Assembly (NCBI GenBank): GCA_016926735.1
Contig: JAFGOA010000110.1
Span: forward strand, 2,682-66,681
Length of the DNA: 64,000 nucleotides
Source of the DNA: Promethearchaeota archaeon
GTDB taxonomy: Archaea; Asgardarchaeota; Lokiarchaeia; Sigyniarchaeales; SOKP01
Direction: 5' to 3'
Below the pieces are notes generated by a model. The model did no database searches and was not told the DNA's origin. It saw nothing but the letters and a program-made list of their open reading frames with translations. A program made the position numbers and the translations under genes. This document shows, in pieces, positions 1 to 10,640 of this stretch. Numbering within the stretch: position 1 is the stretch's first letter; each line of letters begins with the position of its first letter.

Positions 1-426
1 TCTATAATATGTGGATTCTGGAAACTCAAAGATACTTTCAACTCCATTTTCATTCCAAAAAATATTAAAATTTATAGATGACAGATTATCTAATTGTGTA
101 ATATTATTAAAAATCATTTCAACTAACTCTTCATCAGATTTAGAAGTTAATAACTTATTATTTTTTAATTTGAGTTCTTTTTGTAATTTAATTATTTTTT
201 CTCAGACTATCTCTTCTATCTCCCACTGTCTTTCTTCTAAATTTGAAGTTAATGTTTCAAAATTAACTTGATTATCTAACCAAAATTCTTTTTCAAAAAG
301 ATCTATTTTATGTCTGATATTGTTTTCATTCAGATTTTTTTCTTTTTTAAACTCATTATAAATAATTTCAGCAATTTCTTTGTTTGAGTTATTTTTAAAT
401 ATATTAGGAATATCCATTTTTATCAT
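1..426 (-). pseudogene. Hypothetical protein interrupted by one in-frame TGA; runs off the left edge
   Basis: ORF 202..426 stops at TGA (204-202), but the frame stays open to position 1 (EEIV*EKIIKLQKELKLKNNKLLTSKSDEELVEMIFNN...STYYR). Confidence 0.6.
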
Positions 427-522
427 AAAAATTATTTCTTGAATATATTGTTATAAATTATAAGAGATAATTTTTATATATACCTTATATATCAAAAAAG
501 ACAAAAAAAAGAAGGTAATTAT

Positions 523-651
523 ATGGCAAAGGGAAAAGGTAAAATGTCTTCTAAAGCTGCAAGTAGGATCCAATCCCATTCAGATAAAACCGGAAGAAAT
601 CAAGGTTTTAAATCTAGAGCTCAAAGTGCAGCATCTAAAAACAAAAAATAA
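523..651 (+). CDS. 42-aa basic small protein, SMP/LEA-like ('AASRIQS...FKSRAQSAA') family
   Basis: Not in the ORF track. AAGGT SD, then MAKGKGKMSSKAASRIQSHSDKTGRNQGFKSRAQSAASKNKK*, then a T-tract. Confidence 0.75.
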   Translation: MAKGKGKMSSKAASRIQSHSDKTGRNQGFKSRAQSAASKNKK

Positions 652-655
652 TTCA

Positions 656-670
656 TTTTTTTTTTTATTT
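656..670 (+). terminator. Archaeal oligo-T terminator
   Basis: Long T-run immediately after the stop at 651. Confidence 0.5.
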
Positions 671-832
671 CTATAAAAAACTATATTATGTTCTATAAGG
701 AAAATAGAAGCTATGAATATATTCTACAAGTTCTATAAATTATATTTTATTTAAAACCTTAAAAAAAATAAAGACATAAATACATTTAAGTTCTTAAATA
801 ATAGAAGATAAAAATTTTAGGAGTAATGAAGA

Positions 833-1042
833 ATGGAAAATACTTTAAAAATAAAAGCTGGAGCAACTGCACTTGCTATTATTATCCTCTTTCTAATGTT
901 TAGCACTGTATTATCTTGGAGCGGACTTATGGATGGAAGTATTTCTGCAATAGGGAATAGTATTGTATTCTTTGAAATATGTACGATAATCGGTATGATT
1001 ATCATCGCAGTTACGTTTTATTATTTTATTTCTCAAAACTAG
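833..1042 (+). CDS. Small 2-TM membrane protein
   Basis: AGGAG upstream; two hydrophobic helices. Confidence 0.6.
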   Translation: MENTLKIKAGATALAIIILFLMFSTVLSWSGLMDGSISAIGNSIVFFEICTIIGMIIIAVTFYYFISQN

Positions 1043-1135
1043 ATTTATTTACTTTATTTTTAAAAATAGAATTCTTTTTTTTTTTTGATTTTTTCTTTTA
1101 TTTAAGTTAATCTAAGCAAATTTATTCAATTTTCT

Positions 1136-1180
1136 TTTTTTCACGATCTTTATTCATGACATCTTCATGAAGCGAAAAGA
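1136..1180. repeat. Palindromic intergenic repeat, copy 1 (complete)
   Basis: TTTTTTCACGATCTTTATTCATGACATCTTCATGAAGCGAAAAGA. Shares 20 bp exactly with 1709-1728 and 24 bp exactly with 2759-2782. Confidence 0.9.
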
Positions 1181-1216
1181 AATATTTATTGAATCCCTGA
1201 TATATTATTATCTAAT

Positions 1217-1693
1217 ATGAAATACATTAGTAATAGAATATTTTTTTTACATTTTCTTAAATTTATATTAATTTCTATCATTTCTCTTCTTCTCTCCATA
1301 ATATTTTATTTTATTTCTCTTCATTATTATAATGATTTCTTTTTCTATATCCTATTTTTTTTAATTCTTTGTTTTGGGGGTTCTATATTATATGCTTTTT
1401 TTCCTCCAGACTCAGAAACAGTAGATGCGGATAATCGGAGATTTTTAATAATACATATTATTAAATTCTTTTTAATTGCTGTTATTACTCTCCTTATTTC
1501 TATAATATTTTTTACAACGTCTCTATAATACTCCCATTCTCTTTTAATTTTATTTGGATTTGATTTTTTGTCTTGTTCTGTATTTTCTTTAATGCTAGTA
1601 ATAATAGATCCACGAATAAAGAAAAATAGGTGGCGAAGGACGATAAAGAAAGTGGAAAAGAAAGAGCTAAATGATATGTTGAAAAATTTATAA
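1217..1693 (+). pseudogene. 4-TM membrane protein with an internal duplication, interrupted by in-frame TAA at 1526-1528
   Basis: The frame continues after TAA: TSL*YSHSLLILFGFDFLSCSVFSLMLVIIDPRIKKNRWRR...LKNL*. It ends 15 bp before repeat copy 2. Confidence 0.65.
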
Positions 1694-1703
1694 ATATATC
1701 CTA

Positions 1704-1737
1704 ATTCTTTCATGACATCTTCATGAAGTGAAAGAAT
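1704..1737. repeat. Palindromic intergenic repeat, copy 2
   Basis: TTCATGACATCTTCATGAAG at 1709-1728, followed by TGAAAGAA. Confidence 0.9.
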
Positions 1738-1889
1738 AGTAGTAAATTTTAAGAGAGTTCGATTGGATTATACAGAGTTTTTCCAAGATATAGATAGATG
1801 GAATTCATAACTATAAATATATAAAATAGGAAATATAAAAAATAAATAAGAATAATATAATTTTCATTAAAATGAAAGGGTGAAAAAGA

Positions 1890-2186
1890 ATTAAAAAAAA
1901 AGAAAAAGTAGTTATCTCAATTCTAATTTCTATACCAATATCAATTATAGGATTAGTAATTGGTATCATAAATATCTCAGAATATATTTCAATAAATTTG
2001 ACAGCTATTTTAACTGCTATAGGATTTCTTATATTTGGTTTAGGATTGTCAATTCCTTTTATAGTGATATCTTTTTTTAAAAAGGATAATGAAGAATCAA
2101 GACAATTAAGGTTCTGTGTTAAATGTGGAAGATCTATTCAATGGGATACTAAGATCTGTTCTTATTGCAAATATGTTTATAATTAA
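1890..2186 (+). CDS. 2-TM membrane protein with C-terminal zinc ribbon (CxxC...CxxC)
   Basis: The frame is open upstream of 1998 to an ATT at 1890 that follows a GGGTGA SD, which adds the first TM helix. C-terminus is FCVKCG...ICSYC. Confidence 0.6.
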   Translation: MKKKEKVVISILISIPISIIGLVIGIINISEYISINLTAILTAIGFLIFGLGLSIPFIVISFFKKDNEESRQLRFCVKCGRSIQWDTKICSYCKYVYN

Positions 2187-2314
2187 TTTGGTTTAAATTC
2201 TTATAGTTTTTAATAAAACTAAATATAATCTTTTTTTCACAAATTGATTTTGTTATACTTTAGTAATATTTAAATCGTATAGAATGAGAAAAAGAGTAGA
2301 TTATAGGTGAAAAA

Positions 2315-2749
2315 ATGGGATATTATTTTTATGGGTGTAATGGTGATAAATTTTCTTGTAAAAAGATTATTAAGAGGTTTTCTGATTTAAAAATCGTTCA
2401 TCTTTACAATTCTATTTATATAGTTCCAATGAATTATAAATTTCTCGAAGATATAAATAGTGATAATGTATTAGCTCTATAAAATTATGAATATTTAACA
2501 GAAAATTTAAAAAATATATTGATAAATCTCTCTGAAGATTGTTTTTTTGCTTATTTAGAAGCCACTTACTTTGGAGGTGATGGTGATAAAAATTTAATTA
2601 TCTTTAGAAACTGTGAAATATTAAATGAATATTCTGGTGATAATGCATTTAATTTGGCACTTAAAGATTTTCGAATAAATAGAAAAAATAATTATGATGA
2701 ATTTGAAGAAGTTGGTTTTGGAAGACATAGAGATATCGAAGATTGGTAA
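2315..2749 (+). pseudogene. Conserved hypothetical protein (AYLEATYFGGxG...DEFEEVGFGRHR family), in-frame TAA at 2480-2482
   Basis: AGGTGA SD and ATG at 2315 are in the same frame as ORF 2519..2749; there is a single internal stop. Confidence 0.7.
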
Positions 2750-2758
2750 AAACGCCAA

Positions 2759-2782
2759 TTTTTTCACGATCTTTATTCATGA
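2759..2782. repeat. Intergenic repeat, copy 3 (left half only)
   Basis: TTTTTTCACGATCTTTATTCATGA is identical to 1136-1159; it starts 10 bp after the stop at 2749. Confidence 0.9.
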
Positions 2783-2897
2783 AAGGTTAATAATATGAAA
2801 TAGTATTGTGCAAATATTATTTTTAAAATCTATTTATAAGGATAGTCATATCTTATATATCATTTTTTAAAGTGTATATAATAAGAAAAAAAAGGAG

Positions 2898-3401
2898 TTA
2901 TTTATAAGTCATTATTAACAAAGAACAATCTTCTATAGAATTACCTATCATAGTACCCGTGACTACTGCTATTGTAATATTATAAGACCCAGTAGATAAA
3001 GACGCAATAGTATATTGTAGATTAAGTGAATGTCTTATTACACTACCTACACTAGCTCTATCAGCTATTTGTGTCCAAGATGCCGCAATTAGAGCATCAT
3101 TATTCATAACATGAATTGCTATATATTGACTGTTACCATCAGCTTGTAATACTGCTTGTGAGTTAAATGATACAAATACATTTTGTCCAGTCTCAATATT
3201 AATAATTATATCTAAATCAGGTATAGCAGTATATGAAGTTATTGGGGTGTAATTACTTCTAGCTTCGCTATACCATACATTATCTATTTTTGGATCTGCT
3301 GCTGGAAAGATATATGGTTGTATATAAGGAAACCCAGCAAGTAGAATACTTCCTAAAGCTAAAATTAAAGCAATAATTGCTAATCCTTTTCCATTTCCCA
3401 T
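2898..3401 (-). CDS. N-terminally anchored extracellular beta-sandwich protein
   Basis: GGTGA SD, N-terminal hydrophobic helix, beta-rich remainder. Confidence 0.7.
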   Translation of the reverse strand: MGNGKGLAIIALILALGSILLAGFPYIQPYIFPAADPKIDNVWYSEARSNYTPITSYTAIPDLDIIINIETGQNVFVSFNSQAVLQADGNSQYIAIHVMNNDALIAASWTQIADRASVGSVIRHSLNLQYTIASLSTGSYNITIAVVTGTMIGNSIEDCSLLIMTYK

Positions 3402-3716
3402 TTTATTTCACCATTAAAATTAATATAAATTTTAATATATGATATTCTATTCCTATTTATAGTTTTTTAATACAGATAATCCTAAAAAATTCAAACTATC
3501 TCAAAAATAAAAAAAAAGAGAAAGCTATCGTTATTTTAAAGATATTCTTTGAACATATTTAATAAATTCATAATATATAAATAATAACTCTATTATCAAT
3601 TGTATGTATTTAAAAAATAAAAATCAATCATCTTAAAAATAGAATATATCTTCATTCATAATTTATTATCTAGATTTAGTAGAAAAGAAATCTCTTATTA
3701 GAGTTTACTAATTAAT

Positions 3717-6455
3717 GTGGTTGTAACAATGAAAAAAAAGAATCTAAAAATCTGCGTTCTATTGGTTTGTTTCTTTTTCTCTAATTCATATGTGTTCCAA
3801 ATGAATACTAATAAAAAAAAAGAATTTGATTTTTATGATACCACATTAAAAAATATAAAGAATTCCCTAATTAGTTTTAATCTTACAGAAATAATATCTA
3901 TTGACTCTGTTGAAGACTCTAATGATCCTATTATACTTATAGATAATTTTGAGAATATTCATGTAACATGGATAGATAAGACAAATTATAGTGGATGCGG
4001 AAATGATTTTGATGTTGTCTATAAACAATGGAATAATTTAACAAAAGAATGGTCATTAGTAGAAGTTATATCAAATGATAGTATTGATAATTCTTATAGG
4101 CCTTCAATGGCAATAGATAGTTTAGGAGATATTCATATAGGATGGGAAGATACTGGAAATCTTACTGGAATAAATGATGATTATCTTAAGAGTGATATAT
4201 ACTATAAAAAAATGGATTTTTCTACAGGACAATGGAGTTGCGTTGAGCATATTTCTATTAATAGTACTCAATCTGCCTGCAATCCATCAATCACTACAGA
4301 TAGTCAAAATAATATTCATTTAGCATGGTATGATATAACTGATTATGATGGAGAGTATGATTATGATATCTTTTATAGACGATGGAATTATACCTCTAAA
4401 TTATGGACATCAATTGAAGTCTTATCAAACGAAAGTACAGGTGCTTCTCAAAATCAAATGTTAACCAATGATGAATACGATAATATTCATTTAGTATGGG
4501 AGGATTGGACAGATTATAATGGTTGTGGTAATGATTTTGATATTTTTTATAGAAAGTGGGATAATAACACGAAAGAATGGTCATCAATAGAAGTTATTTC
4601 AAATGAAAGTACGAGTGGTTCATATGATCCATCAGTAATCGTAGATAATTTTGATAATATTCATGTAACATGGGAAGATTGGACAGATTATAATGGATGT
4701 GGAAATGATCCTGATATCTTCTATAAACAATGGAATAATTTAACAAAAGAATGGTCATCATTAGAAGTTATATCAAATGAAAGTAACAATAATTCGCAAC
4801 GCCAATCATTAACTGCTGATCCTCTTGGAAATATCTATGTATCATGGCAAGATAATACAAATTATGATTATTCTGGTGATGATTATGATATCTTTTATAA
4901 AATATGGAATGTTACTTCTGAAACTTGGAGCTCTATGAATCTAATTTCTACAGAAAGTACTGAAAATTCCATTTCAGTTTCACTTACTACAGATAATAAG
5001 GGAAGGATATTTGTTGCATGGGAAGATTGGACAGATTATAATGGATGTGGAGATGATAGGGATATTTTTTATAAATATATAATTTCTAATGACAAACCAA
5101 TAATAACAAGTTTTACAAATAATATATTCACAAATGGATCTGGATTAGAAACAATCAATTGGACAATAAGTGATCAAATAGGAGGGGAAGGAATATATCA
5201 TATATTAGCAAATGATACAGAAAATCATATTTATGAATGGATATCGTGGAGTCAATGGAATAGTAACATAACGTTAAGTATTCCTATAAATCGTATTGCT
5301 CCTGAAACATATATATATACAATAGAATATTACGATAAATATCACCTAAAGGGATTGAATAGTTCAGTAATAGTTATTATAAATGATAGTGCTCCTATAG
5401 TTGAAGGCCCTAATGATCATGAAGTTTATAGAGGTACAACCTATCTTCTTACTTGGACAATAATAGATGATTTTGGCTGGATTTCATATAAAATCTATAA
5501 TAATGGTGCTGCTGAAAATTGGCATTTGTGGCCGATGACAGATCCAATTCCTTATTTACTGGATATTTCAAATTTAGGAACGTATAATATTACCATTGCA
5601 TATAATACCACTACGAGTCAAAATGATTTTTATACAACCTTAATAACAGTTGTACGATCACCTATGGAAATCTTCATTAATGATTATCTAATTTATCTTA
5701 TAATTCTGATTGTAGTTCTAATTGGAATTTCAATATATATTATTTTTAATAAAAATAAAAAAGTAAAGAAGGTAAGTGTTTGGAAAGCAAAAACCGAAGT
5801 TTTATTTGAGACATTGAATATTGATTCTCTCCTAATAATTCACAAAGAAACAAGTACAATTCTCTTAAATAAAAATTATTTTAAAAGAATTGAAGAACCA
5901 AGTTTGATTGGAGGATTTCTCCAAGCAATTACTTCATTTAAATATGTTTTAAAGGATCAAGATATAAAAGCAACATTACATTCTAAGGAAATGTTTTTAT
6001 TAGATTTTAGAGAATATAAAATACTTATCGAAGATGGTGAATTTATAAGAATTGCTTTAATAATTAATTTGATGCCTTCAGATTATATTATGAATGCGTC
6101 TACTAAATTTATCGAAGAATTTGAAGCTCGATATTATAAATATTTAACACATTTTTATGGAGAAGTATCTATTTTTGAACAATCAATGGATTTGATTGAT
6201 AAATATTTCAATATACACTTAATACATCCTCATATGATAAATCCTAATCCTCCCTCTCATCCTCTAACAAATTTTCAAGAAAGAGTATTAAATTATACAA
6301 AAGAATTCTATAGTAGTAATGGCCATTTCCATGTCACTCATTTATTAGAATTTTTAATTGTAAAAATTCCTCAAGAACCGAGAGATAAAATAATAGCAAC
6401 TATTTCAGATTTAATAAATTATGGATATATTAAACCAGTTAGGTTATCTCCTTAA
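3717..6455 (+). CDS. Single-pass membrane protein: ~7-blade beta-propeller + Ig-like domains + TM + cytoplasmic longin-like domain
   Basis: Signal peptide; ~58-aa repeats (NIHxxWEDWTDYNGCGNDxDIFY..W); TM at ~aa 655-678; tail with LLIIHKETS...LIGGFLQAITSF...ILIEDGEFIRIALI. The start is probably the ATG at 3729. Confidence 0.75.
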   Translation: MVVTMKKKNLKICVLLVCFFFSNSYVFQMNTNKKKEFDFYDTTLKNIKNSLISFNLTEIISIDSVEDSNDPIILIDNFENIHVTWIDKTNYSGCGNDFDVVYKQWNNLTKEWSLVEVISNDSIDNSYRPSMAIDSLGDIHIGWEDTGNLTGINDDYLKSDIYYKKMDFSTGQWSCVEHISINSTQSACNPSITTDSQNNIHLAWYDITDYDGEYDYDIFYRRWNYTSKLWTSIEVLSNESTGASQNQMLTNDEYDNIHLVWEDWTDYNGCGNDFDIFYRKWDNNTKEWSSIEVISNESTSGSYDPSVIVDNFDNIHVTWEDWTDYNGCGNDPDIFYKQWNNLTKEWSSLEVISNESNNNSQRQSLTADPLGNIYVSWQDNTNYDYSGDDYDIFYKIWNVTSETWSSMNLISTESTENSISVSLTTDNKGRIFVAWEDWTDYNGCGDDRDIFYKYIISNDKPIITSFTNNIFTNGSGLETINWTISDQIGGEGIYHILANDTENHIYEWISWSQWNSNITLSIPINRIAPETYIYTIEYYDKYHLKGLNSSVIVIINDSAPIVEGPNDHEVYRGTTYLLTWTIIDDFGWISYKIYNNGAAENWHLWPMTDPIPYLLDISNLGTYNITIAYNTTTSQNDFYTTLITVVRSPMEIFINDYLIYLIILIVVLIGISIYIIFNKNKKVKKVSVWKAKTEVLFETLNIDSLLIIHKETSTILLNKNYFKRIEEPSLIGGFLQAITSFKYVLKDQDIKATLHSKEMFLLDFREYKILIEDGEFIRIALIINLMPSDYIMNASTKFIEEFEARYYKYLTHFYGEVSIFEQSMDLIDKYFNIHLIHPHMINPNPPSHPLTNFQERVLNYTKEFYSSNGHFHVTHLLEFLIVKIPQEPRDKIIATISDLINYGYIKPVRLSP

Positions 6456-6578
6456 TTAAATTGTGATAGATCGAGAGATCTTTTATATTATATATTATTT
6501 TTTATTTGAGAAAAATGAGAATAATACTTAAAAAATCTCCATGAGCTATTTAAAAATAAAAAAAGATATGCTCTAGAT

Positions 6579-8054
6579 ATGAATAATCTAAAAAAAAAAA
6601 GTGTCATAATTATAATTATTGGAATTTTCTTTTCAAATTATCTTTCTCTGACTTATGCTAATAGATTAAATAAACCTGTAATTGAAAATGACAATATTAT
6701 AAAAAATCAAGAGTATCCAATTTTAACTTATGGTTGTGATTTTTCTAATTCCATATTAGAAACTATTGATGGAAACTTTATAGTCGCAGGATATTCTGAA
6801 TGTAAGATTGATGTTAAGACGGGTGGTATTCGTATTGATAATGATGCAATTCTATTAAAAATTGATAGGAATGGAACAATTATCTGGAATAAAGTCTTTC
6901 AAGATTTTAGGGCCTTTACTCAAATTATTCCAACTAATGACGGTAATTTTGCTATAATTGGTATTGAGAAACCTTATTGGGTTACTGAGGGGTTTTCAAA
7001 AAATGATTCTATATCTTCAAATAGTGAATTAAATGATAATACTCAGTTATATAAACTTGATGATAATGGAATACTCTTATGGAACAAAACATATAAAGGA
7101 TTAGTTGATGGAGCAGCTTTTTTTGCATCGTCCCTAATAGAAACCTCAGATTTAGGATTTCTAATAGCAGGAGACGTTATATATATGGACAATGATAGTA
7201 TTAATCCAAATATCTTTCTTGTCAAAACAGATAATAATGGTACAATTGAATGGACAAAAGAAATAAAAACATCAACATCTGACTACTTCAGTTCGATTAC
7301 AGAAACATTTGATGGGGGGTTTGTTATATTGGGAACTATATTTGAAAATAAAGATGCTTCAGCAGATATTTTGTTTAGCAAAATTGATTGTAATGGTAAT
7401 ATGCAATGGGAATATATATAAGAAATCGGATATACATATTTAGTTAATATACATTCTCTAATTGAAACAACAGATAATGGATTTGCAATTACTAGTTCAA
7501 TTATACCCTACGATGGAGATTTATCTTATGAAATTTATTTTATTAAAACAGATAGTTCTGGTATAATAGAATGGGAACACATTTATAATATCGGTCAAGA
7601 TAGCGTTTATGGATTTTCTTTAGGTCAAACAAATGATTTAGGTTATATTTTAACTGGACAATGCAATTACTTAAATCGAACAGTAATGTTTTTACTCAAG
7701 ATTAATCAAATAGGAGAAATTGAATGGAATCAATATTATATAAGCAAAGACATTAGTGGAGGTTTTAAAACAATACAGACTTCTGATGGCACTTACGTGA
7801 TCGTCGGATATAAGGATAATAAGAATAATGATCCTTATGCTTCTAAATATGCTTATAGATATATTTTAATTGTAAAAACAGATAAAGAAGGAAATCTAGA
7901 ATGGAATTTAACTTATGGAGTATCTCCATTCAGTATTATTCCAGAGAGTCCTGATCTTACTGACAAATTTCTCTTTCCAATATACATCTCTGGAGGACTA
8001 ATTACTATCTCATTAATTACTATAGTAATTATATTCTTTTTAAAAAAAAGATAA
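6579..8054 (+). pseudogene. Secreted beta-propeller protein with C-terminal TM anchor, split by one in-frame TAA (7419-7421)
   Basis: ORFs 6579..7421 and 7686..8054 are in the same frame. The gap translates without stops into the same repeat (LIETTDNGFAI...IKTDSSGIIEW). Confidence 0.85.
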
Positions 8055-8336
8055 AAAATTATTTGTTATGTTAATAATTTTATTTAAAATTTAACTAACA
8101 ATAAACCCTTTTTTTTATCTTCTTTCCATATTTAAATATATGACTAATTATTAAGAATAACTGTGAGATATAGGTTTTCTTCCTTTTAATTAAACAACAT
8201 ATCATTGGGATAGATACTTAATTTTTTACCATGACTGATATAAATAAAAAAAACCTATTGATATATTTGATAATGGATGGAACTATATGTTAAATTCAAA
8301 AAAAAAATCACATGAAAAATATAAGGATATGAAAAT

Positions 8337-10640
8337 ATGAAGTTTAAAAAGATAATAACAATAGTAGTTGGTTTTTTATTCTTAATACCTTTTAATTATT
8401 CTCTAGCTCAATCCAATGATATCCCAACAAGGACAAACACGGTTATATGTGAAGGATATCATAAATATATTATAGAGTATAATCCTTTTTCGGAAAATCC
8501 TTCATTTGGAATAGCATTAATGTATGAACCTTTATTTAATATAAATACAAAAGAAAATAAGTTAATTCCAGTAATAGGAACATTTTATAATTGGAGTTTA
8601 GATGGATCGAATATAACAATATTTCTTAATTCAAACGCAAAATGGTCTGATGGTCAGGATATAAATGCTGATGATGTTGTATATACCTATGAACTTGCGG
8701 GTAATCAATCAAAATACACAGGAGATTGGAATACACATGTAGATCAAATAGTTAAAATAGATAATAATACTGTTTGTATCAAAGTATTACCAAATTTTGA
8801 ATTTAGTAGTGTAGTTTTAGATTTCATTACGACAGATATTCCGATTTTACCTAAACATATTTGGGAAGAGATCGCTTTTTTATACCAGAATACAACTACA
8901 TATGCTTTGGGTGCTGAAGAATTTAAAAATGATGTATTTAATTACACTTTTAATGATGAATTTAATGTATTTTCTGGACCTTATAAACCATATGAACGAG
9001 ATATTGTATCAGATACTGGATTTGAGATATATCAATTGAGAGATGATTGGTGGGGCAAATATCTTATACATTTAGACCTTCCTAGTCATTTAAATGGTAC
9101 ATTTAATCCCCCTTCTTTTATAAAAAGTTATCTTTTTAGAACGGGTAATGTAAACGCATTTAACGCATTTTTAGGGGGTATAACAGATTCTTATTATGGT
9201 TTTGTAGATAATTTCGCGGAGGAAATGTCTACGCATCCTAAAATAGAATCATGGTATGGTAGAAATTATGAACAATATTATTTACCTCATTCCAATATTT
9301 ATGATATTGTACCAAATCATTTAAAATACCCATTAAATGAAACTTGGTTTCGTAAAGCTTTAGCGTATTCTATTGATTATAATAATATAATTTCTCAAGG
9401 GCAGGGATCATTATATTCGCGTGCCCGACAAGGGTTATTAGATGATCGGAGTCCTACTCAGCAAAAAGTATATAATCCACAAATTCAATTAGCATATGGT
9501 ATTTCATATAATTCAGATATTGTCAATTTACTTTTAGAAAAACATTGCTATAAAGTTAACAATACATGGTATACAAATGCTAATGAATCTATACCCGATA
9601 CTCCTCTTGGACCATATGAATTTTATTACCCATTAGGATGGGGGGATTATGAAGGCATAATACAATCTATAACTGAAACTTTTAATCAAAATAATATAGT
9701 GCTTACACCAATTGGATTACCTTCTGAAAATTTTGATCAATATGTTTCACTTATAGAAAATCATACATTCAATTTTATAATTAATAAGGGTTTAATAGGA
9801 ATCGATACAACTCCATATAATTTTTATAAAGCATACATAGGGAGTTCTAATTGGCAAAGAAATGCATCATATTGGACTAATAATACCTTTGTTAATTTAT
9901 ATAAAGATTTGGAATTCACATCAGCAAATTTAGATGCCCAAATAAATATTTGCTCTCAAATGCAAGAGATCTATGCAAGGGAAGTTCCAACAATTCCTCT
10001 CTACGTAATAGGTACACCCTATTTTTATAGAACTGATTATTGGGTAGGATGGTTGAATTATGATAATTATTATCAACAACCTACTAATCTATACTCTATA
10101 AAAGAAATAAGTATCAAGCAAAGATTATTTTTAAATTTAAAGCAAGTTCATGAAATAATTTTCCCTACGGCCTTAATATTGGTCATTGGAACAATTTTAC
10201 TCTTTATAGCATTTGGATCAATCGTTAGTTATCATTATATTCAAACATATATGAGAAATAATCGAATTATAGGTTCTGATTGGGAATCTTTTATCAATAT
10301 GTATAAAAATAACAATAAAAGTAAACATAAAAAAAACAATCATCCTATTAAAAAGATTCCTTTTTCAATAAAAATTGGAACTAAGGAACTAAAAATTCCA
10401 GATAAGATTAATAGAGATGAATTTCTTTCTATTTTTGATCAAGGATACTCCCTAAAGCAATTAAAAAAAATATTAAATAAAAAGGATATAGCTTTCTTGT
10501 CAGAAGATTATTTAGTTCAATTAAATTCTTTAGGTTGGGATGATGATTCAATCTCAGATTTTCTGAGAGAAATGTATTATTTTTCACCGAAAGAAAGAAA
10601 AGAAATACTCCAAGACATTATAGATAAATCTTTTGAATAA
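8337..10640 (+). CDS. Family 5 (Opp/Dpp-type) solute-binding protein fused to a TM helix and a cytoplasmic helical domain
   Basis: YEPLF, AKWSDGQDINADDVVYTY, LPKHIW, FRKALAYSID motifs; TM near aa 610-635; ~130-aa cytoplasmic tail. Confidence 0.85.
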   Translation: MKFKKIITIVVGFLFLIPFNYSLAQSNDIPTRTNTVICEGYHKYIIEYNPFSENPSFGIALMYEPLFNINTKENKLIPVIGTFYNWSLDGSNITIFLNSNAKWSDGQDINADDVVYTYELAGNQSKYTGDWNTHVDQIVKIDNNTVCIKVLPNFEFSSVVLDFITTDIPILPKHIWEEIAFLYQNTTTYALGAEEFKNDVFNYTFNDEFNVFSGPYKPYERDIVSDTGFEIYQLRDDWWGKYLIHLDLPSHLNGTFNPPSFIKSYLFRTGNVNAFNAFLGGITDSYYGFVDNFAEEMSTHPKIESWYGRNYEQYYLPHSNIYDIVPNHLKYPLNETWFRKALAYSIDYNNIISQGQGSLYSRARQGLLDDRSPTQQKVYNPQIQLAYGISYNSDIVNLLLEKHCYKVNNTWYTNANESIPDTPLGPYEFYYPLGWGDYEGIIQSITETFNQNNIVLTPIGLPSENFDQYVSLIENHTFNFIINKGLIGIDTTPYNFYKAYIGSSNWQRNASYWTNNTFVNLYKDLEFTSANLDAQINICSQMQEIYAREVPTIPLYVIGTPYFYRTDYWVGWLNYDNYYQQPTNLYSIKEISIKQRLFLNLKQVHEIIFPTALILVIGTILLFIAFGSIVSYHYIQTYMRNNRIIGSDWESFINMYKNNNKSKHKKNNHPIKKIPFSIKIGTKELKIPDKINRDEFLSIFDQGYSLKQLKKILNKKDIAFLSEDYLVQLNSLGWDDDSISDFLREMYYFSPKERKEILQDIIDKSFE

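Noticed and set aside
202-204. Selenocysteine TGA
   Set aside because: No redox or Cys-type context in the protein; more likely a mutated Trp or Arg codon.
1345-1713. Minus-strand 122-aa ORF
   Set aside because: Antisense shadow of the plus-strand membrane gene 1217..1693.
1136-2782. CRISPR array or classical integron attC sites
   Set aside because: Spacing is 550-1050 bp with genes in between; no attC core boxes; no cas or intI genes in the window.
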